Shown one piece after another: positions 55,520 through 64,000 of a DNA stretch of 64,000 bases (position 1 is its first letter; the number at the start of each line of letters is the position of its first letter). The stretch lies in contig OZ024748.1 in the NCBI GenBank assembly GCA_964016885.1, positions 37,634,001 through 37,698,000 of the forward strand, written 5' to 3'. The translations under genes and the position numbers were made by a program. The DNA is from Eledone cirrhosa (taxonomy: Eukaryota). The notes below the pieces were generated by a model, which saw only the letters and a list, made by a program, of their open reading frames with translations, was not told where the DNA came from and searched no databases.

Positions 55520-55797
55520 CAGAAATTGGTATGTTTCACTTCAAAATACTTAGGAAGACTGAGAGAAATGTGTTGTTGAACGCACATGTGTCCCAGCGTC
55601 TAGCCAGTCCTATACTCGTGCCGCCAGAAATAGCAGCCGGTTTTATGGGACTAAAATATTTTTTAGTCCCATAAAACCGGCTGCTATTTCTGGCGGCACG
55701 AGTATAGGACTGGCTAGACGCTGGGACACATGTGCGTTCAACAACACATTTCTCTCAGTCTTCCTAAGTATTTTGAAGTGAAACATACCAATTTCTG

Positions 55798-55885
55798 GAT
55801 ACCTGCAGATGAGCACAGAAATGGAATTTTCACTTATTGTTGCGAAACAGATTTGAGTTTTGAAATTTAAATTTGTCCAGATATC
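55798..55885 (+). ncRNA. Hammerhead ribozyme-like motif (right palindrome arm), CAGAUGA core, long stem III, GUC site
   Basis: Stem I GATACCTG(55798-805)/CAGATATC(55878-85); core CAGATGA (55806-12); stem II GCACA/TGTTGC; GAAA (55844-47); stem III CAGATTTGAGTT/AATTTAAATTTG; GTC triplet 55875-77. Confidence 0.72.
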
Positions 55886-56044
55886 ACGGCTATTCCCAAT
55901 ATGGGTTTGTTTTTATTGATTTATTATTTTAAATAGAGACAGGCAAACTGTATTAATTTAATTAGTATTTTTCAATCTAGCTAACTTGGTCATTTGCAAT
56001 ACAAACACTTATATACTTGTATTAGTGTTTATCATATATTCATT

Positions 56045-56093
<49 letters not shown>

Positions 56094-56210
56094 TACAACA
56101 GTCGGCTCAAACGGTTATAGGTTGACTATGAAGGAATGATGGTTGAGCTGTGAAATCTTGCATATATTAAGTAGAACAATTCTTATTAATAACATCTTGA
56201 AAAATAAACC

Positions 56211-57362
56211 TCATTTGGTCATTCCATGAGAGTATCTTGGTCAGTCTATGAACTCTTCATTTGGTCATTCCATAAGAGTATCTTGGTCAGTCTATGAACT
56301 CTTCATTTGGTCATTCCATGAGAGTATCTTGGTCAGTCTATGAACTCTTCATTTGGTCATTCCATGAGAGTATCTTGGTCATTCTATGATCTCTTTATTT
56401 GGTCATTCTATGAGAGTATCTTGTTCAGTCTATGAACTCTTCATTTGGTCAATCCATGAGAGTATCTTGGTCAGTCTATGAACTCTTTATTTGGCCATTC
56501 CATGAGAGTATCTTGGTCAGTCTATGAACTCTTCCTTGGTCATTCCATGAGAGTATCTTGGTCAATCTATGAACTCTTCATTTGGTGATTCCATGAGAGT
56601 ATCTTGGTCAGTCTATGAACTCTTCATTTCGTCATTCCATAAGAGTATCTTGGTCAGTCTCTGAACTCTTCATTTGGTCATTCCATGAGAGTATCTTGGT
56701 CAATCTATGAACTCTTCATTTGGTCATGCCATGAGAGTATATTGGTCAATCTATGAACTCTTCATTTGGTCATTCCATGAGAGTATCTTGGTCAATCTAT
56801 GAACTCTTCATTTGGTCATTCCATGAGAGTATCTTGGTCAATCTCTGAACTCTTCATTTGGTCATTCCATGAGAATATCTTGGTCAGTCTATGAACTCTT
56901 CATTTGGTCATGCCATGAGAGTATCTTGGTCAATCTATGAACTCTTCATTTGGTCATTCCATGAGAGTATCTTGGTCAATCTCTGAACTCTTCATTTGGT
57001 GATTCCATGAGAGTATCTTGGTCAGTCTATGAAATCTTCATTTCGTCATTCCATAAGAGTATCTTGGTCAGTCTCTGAACTCTTCATTTGGTCATTCCAT
57101 GAGAGTATCTTGGTCAATCTATGAACTCGTCATTTGGTCATGCCATGAGAGTATCTTGGTCAATCTCTGAACTCTTCATTTGGTCATTCCATGAGAGTAT
57201 CTTGGTCAATCTATGAACTCTTCATTTGGTCATTCCATGAGAGTATCTTGGTCAATCTCTGAACTCTTCATTTGGTCATTCCATGACAGTATCTTGGTCA
57301 GTCTATGAACTCTTCATTTGGTCATGCCATGAGAGTATCTTGGTCAATCTCTGAACTCTTCA
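56211..57362. repeat. 46-bp minisatellite (TCATTTGGTCATTCCATGAGAGTATCTTGGTCAGTCTATGAACTCT)n, ~25 copies
   Basis: Directly visible; the unit is a diverged dimer of 23-bp halves each containing TTGGTCA and ATGA. Confidence 0.96.
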
Positions 57363-57960
57363 GATTACCAACGTTTCAGCCGACTTTCCTATTTAAATGA
57401 AAATCTTTCAATGTCTAACAGTGGTTTATAAGATGTTTAATATAATGGAACTTAAAATAAATTTACTAACTTTATCTAAGTCAGTGTAAAAAGGATTAAT
57501 TCGTCTCCACTCGGAATTATTTCAAGACTGGCTGCGGTGATGTAGTTTAGATGGGGTTAAATCTTAACCTGATAGTCAAACCTCTCTCCTATATTAAATG
57601 ATATAAATGTGTTTCTATATTTTGTGTGTTACGTTCGATTATCTGAAAACAATATAGAACACAACTTGTCAGATTGTCTCATTCTATAGACTGTCTTCTC
57701 TGTCGTCTGCAGATATGTGTATGTGTTCCCAGTTCAATCTGTGACTCTATGACATGTATATCGAAATATCTTTCAGCAAAATCTTGTAAAGAAGAGATTA
57801 TTGGAGGTTAAAACTCGACAAAATCGAATTTATTTCGAATCTAGAACTCTGTTTAATAACGAATGACTTTAAACAGTTTCATAACTGTGTTGATAATGGT
57901 TCGTTATTGTACAACACATTTCTCTCTAATATTATTTCTACTTTATTAATTTAGCAGTAA

Positions 57961-58155
57961 GGGGCAGTGGAGTGGCAGTATCGGTAGAGGGTCGGACACC
58001 ATGCTTTGACGCATAGAGTTACGGCCCTTGCCATTCTGAGTTCAAATCCCGCCGAGGTTAACTTTGCCTTTCATCCTTACGAGGTCGATAAAATAAAGTA
58101 CCAGTAATGCACTGGAGGTAATTGCTGGCCTTGTGCCAAAAGTAGAAACAATTAT
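57961..58155 (+). mobile_element. tRNA-derived Deu/Nin-type SINE, full-length copy with 11-bp TSD
   Basis: A/B-box-like head and the same core as 52381-52560; TTTAGCAGTAA at 57950-57960 and 58156-58166. Confidence 0.82.
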
Positions 58156-58360
58156 TTTAGCAGTAATCAGTAGAGTGTCGGACAACATGCTTTGAAGTAT
58201 TTAGTTAAGTCTTTCTACGTTCCGAGTTCAAATCTCGCCGAGGTTAACTTTGCCTTTCATCCTTACGGGGTCGATAAAATAGAATACCAGTAACGCACTG
58301 TGGTCGATTTAATCGTTTTACCCCCCAATTGTTGGCCCTCTGTCTAAATCAGAAACCATT
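58156..58360 (+). mobile_element. Older SINE copy of the same family (target of the 57961 insertion)
   Basis: GAGTTCAAATCTCGCCGAGGTTAACTTTGCCTTTCATCCTTACGGGGTCGATAAAATAG core; its head overlaps the TSD. Confidence 0.78.
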
Positions 58361-58500
58361 ACTTTCAATTAACATGGTTTTGTTAAACAATCCTATTTCT
58401 TAGTTTAATTAAGATATATCTGATATATTTTCTGATGTATAGCTATGCGATGAGGACGGACACCAGAATGAGTACTCTATACAAAAGTAGAGTTTAATAT

Positions 58501-58648
58501 TATTATTTATTATGACTACGTGGTAAGTCTTGTTACTCTGGAGTTTCACCTGCCAATATCATCTTGTCTGATAATCACGTGCGTAGGTGAAACTTCTGAG
58601 TAACAAAACTGAGTAACAAAACTCATCACTTCGTCTTAATAAAGAATA
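58501..58648. other. Diverged inverted repeat carrying degenerate hammerhead motifs, head-to-head
   Basis: TTGTTACTCTGGAGTTTCACCTGC vs GTAGGTGAAACTTCTGAGTAACAA, with homology continuing to AATAAA on both sides. The + arm reads TCTTGT-CTGATA-stem II-GAAAC-TTCTGA-GTA-ACAAAA. Confidence 0.55.
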
Positions 58649-58654
58649 TAGTAT

Positions 58655-59253
<599 letters not shown>

Positions 59254-59609
59254 CAACTTTATTTTCCATCTTCTTCACTTTCCAAACAATGTTCCCAACT
59301 CATTAAAACCACAACGTTATATATATAACTGTACAGTACAATGACTGCATATATTTACCTGTTTAGGTGAGATCGGATATAAAGTGACAATATAGTGAAA
59401 GAATCTAATATGTCACACAAAATATCTTTATAATGAAGTCTCAATATTCTAAGTTGTAAACCTTAACAGGGCCATGTTATCAATAAAACACAGATCAAAC
59501 GATAAAGATCGATAGAAAGTGATAAACTAAACAACTTATATCAACAAATATCGACATTTTTCCTAAACCTCGACTGTGTTAAAATCTTTTATTACCAACA
59601 CCCCGCCTT

Positions 59610-59824
59610 TGTCTCTCTCTCTCTCTCTCTCTCTCTTGTTTACTCTCTTTTCCCTCTCCTCCCTCTCACCTTTCCCTCTCCTGTCCATTCCATTTCCACA
59701 CCCTCTCTCCTCTCTATCTCCTCCCTCTCTCTCTCCTCTCTCTCTCTCTCCCTATTCTCTCTCTCCTTTCCCATCTCCACACTCTCCCTCTCTGATGATG
59801 GAATATGCAACAACAACAACAACA

Positions 59825-59899
<75 letters not shown>

Positions 59900-60085
59900 G
59901 TCACCACCACCATCACCACCACCTCTACTACTACTACTACTACTGTCACCACCACCATCACCACCACCTCTACTACTACTACTACTACTGTCACCACCAC
60001 CATCACCACCACCTCTACTACTACTACTACTACTACTGTCACCACCACCATCACCACTACCTCTACTACTACTACTACTACTATA
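59610..60085. repeat. (CT)-rich tract, (CAA)n, (CTA)n and four ~45-bp (GTCACCACCACCATCACCACCACCT-(CTA)n) units
   Basis: Directly visible. Confidence 0.92.
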
Positions 60086-60330
60086 ATATAGTAAATGCCA
60101 ATAGGTTATACTAATATGAAGTCCACCAATCATGTTGGAGCTAAGCTTGGTAACTATACATAAAACATCTTGTAGACCCAAGGAATATAATGTTATAATG
60201 TATCTAACAGTGGACTTATGTATAAACCTGAAAATATACACATACAGACGGACATATACTCATATATAAAGACAGAGACAAACACACACACACGCATATA
60301 TACAGAGGTGGCATATCTAAGAAATGACTA

Positions 60331-60371
60331 ACTGCCTGATGAGGTCATATCATCGAAATATATTTAGCAGT
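60331..60371 (+). ncRNA. Minimal type I hammerhead-like motif (PLE-type), probably degenerate
   Basis: Stem I ACTGC/GCAGT; CTGATGA (60336-42); stem II GGT/ATC; GAAA (60355-58); TATATTTA (stem III mismatch); then AATAAA and (TA)n. Confidence 0.6.
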
Positions 60372-60544
60372 AAATAAAGGATTATGAGTTCATGCAATTG
60401 ACTTATGTTTCGTCACTATATATATATATATATATATATGTAGGAAAATGTTCATTACATTTTCTTATTACCTACTCTACTACCCAAAGTATAGAGTACT
60501 GTGGTGCGTTATGGTCCACCTGGTTCCTTACCACAGTCCCTTCG

Positions 60545-60619
<75 letters not shown>

Positions 60620-60964
60620 CGGGATGTTTGTTTACAAACACACCGGGCATTATAATAAATGTTCGGTGAATCCATACGTACATATATATATATGTGTGCA
60701 TGTATGTATATATATATACATACTACTGTACGTCTGTATACATGTATGTATGTACGCGTACATACTTATATTTAAGTAACAGCCGTACTAAGAGTGGGAA
60801 ATGAAATTTCGTTTCATTTTTTCCGTTTATATATATATTTATATATATATATATATATATGTCTTTCTGGAACAAGCTGGCGAAACAGTAAGAGCTCCGC
60901 CGTCAGGCCCCGACTCTTTCTAATGTAGTCAGACTCTGCTATCCCAAGTATCAAGTACTCGTTA

Positions 60965-62498
60965 AATATTGGTCTAACTAGTTTAATACATGAGAGAGAG
61001 ATAGGTTATCTGCCCTTGGGATGATAATATATTGGTCTAACTAGTTTAATATATGAGAGAGAGAGAGGTTGTCTGCCTTTGGGATGAGAATATATTGGTC
61101 TAACTAGTTTAATACATGTGAGAGAGGTAGGTTGTCTGCCCTTGGGATGAGAATATATTGGTCTAACTAGTTTAATATATGAGAGAGAGAGAGGTTGTCT
61201 GCCTTTGGGATGAGAATATATTGGTCTAACTAGTTTAATATATGTGAGAGAGGTAGGTTGTCTGCCCTTGGGATGAGAATATATTGGTCTAACTAGTTTA
61301 ATATATGAGAGAGAGAGAGGTTGTCTGCCTTTGGGATGAGAATATATTGGTCTAACTAGTTTAATACATGTGAGAGAGGTAGGTTGTCTGCCCTTGGGAT
61401 GAGAATATATTGGTCTAACTAGTTTAATATATGTGAGAGAGGTAGGTTGTCTGCCCTTGGGATGAGAATATATTGGTCTAACTAGTTTAATATATGTGAG
61501 AGAGGTAGGTTGTCTGCCCTTGGGATGAGAATATATTGGTCTAACTAGTTTAATATATGTGAGAGAGATAGGTTGTCTGCCCTTGGGATGAGAATATATT
61601 GGTCTAACTAGTTTAATATATGTGAGAGAGATAGGTTGTCTGCCCTTGGGATGAGAATATATTGGTCTAACTAGTTTAATATATGAGAGAGAGAGAGGTT
61701 GTCTGCCTTTGGGATGAGAATATATTGGTCTAACTAGTTTAATACATGTGAGAGAGAGATGTTGTCTGCCCTTGGGATGAGAATATATTGGTCTAACTAG
61801 TTTAATAGATGCGAGAGAGAGAGAGGTTGTCTGCCCTTGGGATGAGAATATATTGGTCTAACTAGTTTAATACATGAGAGAGAGAGATGTTGTCTGCCCT
61901 TGGGATGAGAATATATTGGTCTAACTAGTTTAATACATGCGAGAGAGAGAGAGGTTGTCTGCCCTTGGGATGAGAATATATTGGTCTAACTAGTTTAATA
62001 CATGAGAGAGAGAGATAGGTTGTCTGCCCTTGGGATGAGAATATATTGGTCTAACTAGTTTCATACATGAGAGAGAGATAGGTTGTCTGCCCTTGGGATG
62101 AGAATATATTGGTCTAACTAGTTTAATAGATGCGAGAGAGAGATAGGTTGTCTGCCCTTGGGATGAGAATATATTGGTCTAACTAGTTTAATAGATGCGA
62201 GAGAGAGATAGGTTGTCTGCCCTTGGGATGGGAATATATTGGTCTAACTAGTTTAATAGATGCGAGAGAGAGATAGGTTGTCTGCCCTTGGGATGAGAAT
62301 ATATTGGTCTAACTAGTTTAATACATGAGAGAGAGAGATAGGTTGTCTGCCCTTGGGATAAGAATATATTGGTCTAACTAGTTTAATACATGCGAGAGAG
62401 AGATAGGTTGTCTGCCCTTGGGATGAGAATATATTGGTCTAACTAGTTTAATATATGTGAGAGAGGTAGGTTGTCTGCCCTTGGGATGAGAATATATT
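60965..62498. repeat. 63-bp minisatellite (AATATATTGGTCTAACTAGTTTAATAYATG(GA)nGGTTGTCTGCCCTTGGGATGAG), ~24 copies
   Basis: Directly visible; period 63 (e.g. 61381 to 61444) with variation in the GA tract. Confidence 0.96.
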
Positions 62499-62729
62499 CT
62501 CCAACGAAGAACCTGGTAAGAATATCAGTTGATTAATATTCTTCAGAAATAAAAAAAGATTATGGCGAAATTTATGATATTACGGACAGCAGCTGTTCTG
62601 CTGTCGGCAACCGGATCGGTTTCCAAATGGAGGGGGATATACTGTATATGTACACACACACACATATATATATATATGTACACACACACACACACACACA
62701 TACACACATATATATATATATATATGTGT

Positions 62730-62870
<141 letters not shown>

Positions 62871-63000
62871 GAGGTTATATTTAATTTGTTGGGATACAAC
62901 AAGCTAAATATTTTTATAACTGATATAAAGCACTCAACAAATTATTGGAGTAAATATACAATACAATAACAAATGGAAACTATATTTATAAAACCATATT

Positions 63001-63065
63001 TATTTCATTATACATATTTCAAGGACATCAAAGCAAATTATGGTGCGCTTTCATCAGATAAAATA
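63001..63065 (-). ncRNA. Type I hammerhead ribozyme (complete)
   Basis: Minus strand: TATTTTAT-CTGATGA-AAGCGCACCA...TGATGTCCTT-GAAA-TATGTA-TA-ATGAAATA; stem I retained through a G.U pair. Confidence 0.82.
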
Positions 63066-63142
63066 TAATATAGATCAGTTTCATAAACAAATATTGACAT
63101 AGCCTTAAAGAATGCGACCATGTCGGTTGGAAGCTCCGGGAG

Positions 63143-63199
63143 CTGATGAAAGCGCACCATAATTTGCTTTGGTGTCCTTGAAATATGTATAATGAAATA
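63143..63199 (+). ncRNA. Hammerhead copy lacking the 5' strand of stem I (starts exactly at CTGATGA)
   Basis: CTGATGA-AAGCGCACCA-loop-TGGTGTCCTT-GAAA-TATGTATA-ATGAAATA; upstream bases do not pair with stem I. Confidence 0.72.
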
Positions 63200-63328
63200 A
63201 ATATGGTTTTATAAATATAGTTTCCATTTGTTAATATATTGTATATTTACTCCAAAAATTTGTTGAGTGCTTTATATCAGTTATAAAAATATTTGCTTGT
63301 TGTATCCCAACAAATTAAATATAACTTC

Positions 63329-63363
<35 letters not shown>

Positions 63364-63379
63364 CCCCTGAAATACATTA

Positions 63380-63930
63380 CTGTGACCTCGCTATAACGCG
63401 ATCGATGAAATGTGATTAGTTTTACTCTTGTTCTCCATAAAGGTTGTGTTTTGTTGAGCTGGGTACTCCCTAGCGGCAACATATTAAACTGAATGGATTT
63501 CTTCTGACATTAATGTTTGACAAATCCCGTGACGGTTTTTAAACCTGTCTAGCCATTGATAGCTAGCTTCGATTTGTAAGATTTCATAATTGACTTGCTT
63601 GTCAAACTTCTCGGTTTGAGCTTTGGGAATAAAAGCGGAAATTAGAAAATGTTTGCTGCGTGAACTTAAACCAATCAATTTTACAGGGAGTCATCGATGC
63701 TGACATCATTGGCGGTTTTAAGGCATTTATGCCGGTTGTTCCTGGTTTTTTCCAAAAGACGTTTGTAACTTTCCGTCGTGGGATATCTGACCAGAAGTTG
63801 CTGATGTCGTTATTCCAAGATCACGCGAGACTTAAGATTGACTTGTCGTATTGATCACCTTTAACTGGCTACAGCTTATGTTTCACGGGAAAGAACTATT
63901 GTACTTTTCTCTCAGTTTCTTCCATTTTGA
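63380..63930 (-). mobile_element. Tigger/pogo (CENP-B-like HTH) DNA transposon remnant
   Basis: Minus-strand peptide EASYQWLDRFKNRHGI (ORF 63484-63678) resembles the AS.GWL.RFK.RHGI motif of Tc5/CENP-B HTH domains. A TIR-like TA|CTGTGACCTCGCTATAACGCG lies at 63378-63400. The right boundary is uncertain. Confidence 0.6.
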
Positions 63931-64000
63931 GATACAAACACATTTTTTTAAAGAAAATCGAAATCAAGGACAGAGACGACGGCGACATCAACACCACCAC

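Larger units (their letters stand above)
55268..56049. repeat. 782-bp near-perfect palindrome (389-bp arms, 4-nt spacer at 55657-55660), lying between (TA)n tracts
   Basis: Arms are reverse complements; I count three mismatches. Confidence 0.96.

Noticed and set aside
57766-57812. Possible 30-bp host exon (TTTCAG|CAAAATC...GGAG|GTTAAA)
   Set aside because: Weak donor site and no recognisable peptide; unsupported without transcript data.
59576-60241. Poly-Thr / poly-Ser-Gly ORFs resembling mucin
   Set aside because: Trinucleotide microsatellite translations with no supporting gene structure.
60861-60896. Possible further hammerhead (CTTT-CTGGAACAA-GCTGGC-GAAACAGTA-AGAG)
   Set aside because: The core deviates from CUGANGA and stems I and II are too weak to call.

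Overview
Eukaryotic, repeat-dominated, non-genic window. The SINE family and microsatellite load suggest an invertebrate, possibly a cephalopod (inference). 1-30.8 kb is a 42-bp satellite with higher-order structure; its huge ORFs are best explained as repeat artefacts. 31-51 kb holds microsatellites, a decayed RTE-clade LINE with three C-terminal C2H2 zinc fingers, and a 27-bp satellite carrying an intact 3.3-kb RTE LINE (13-bp TSD). 51.9-55.2 kb is a 5'-truncated Penelope-like element (RT + CxC-x5-C + GIY-YIG, Naiad-like) ending in a type I hammerhead ribozyme (HHR). The most notable signal lies in 55-63.3 kb: at least seven HHR motifs from four sequence families. Three sets form head-to-head (divergent) inverted-repeat modules next to (TA)n, including a 782-bp near-perfect palindrome whose arms each carry a long-stem-III hammerhead with a CAGAUGA core. 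Also present are 46-bp and 63-bp minisatellites, tRNA-derived Deu/Nin-type SINEs (one nested with a TSD) and a Tigger/pogo transposase remnant. No host protein-coding gene was identified. All folds and alignments were done by eye.
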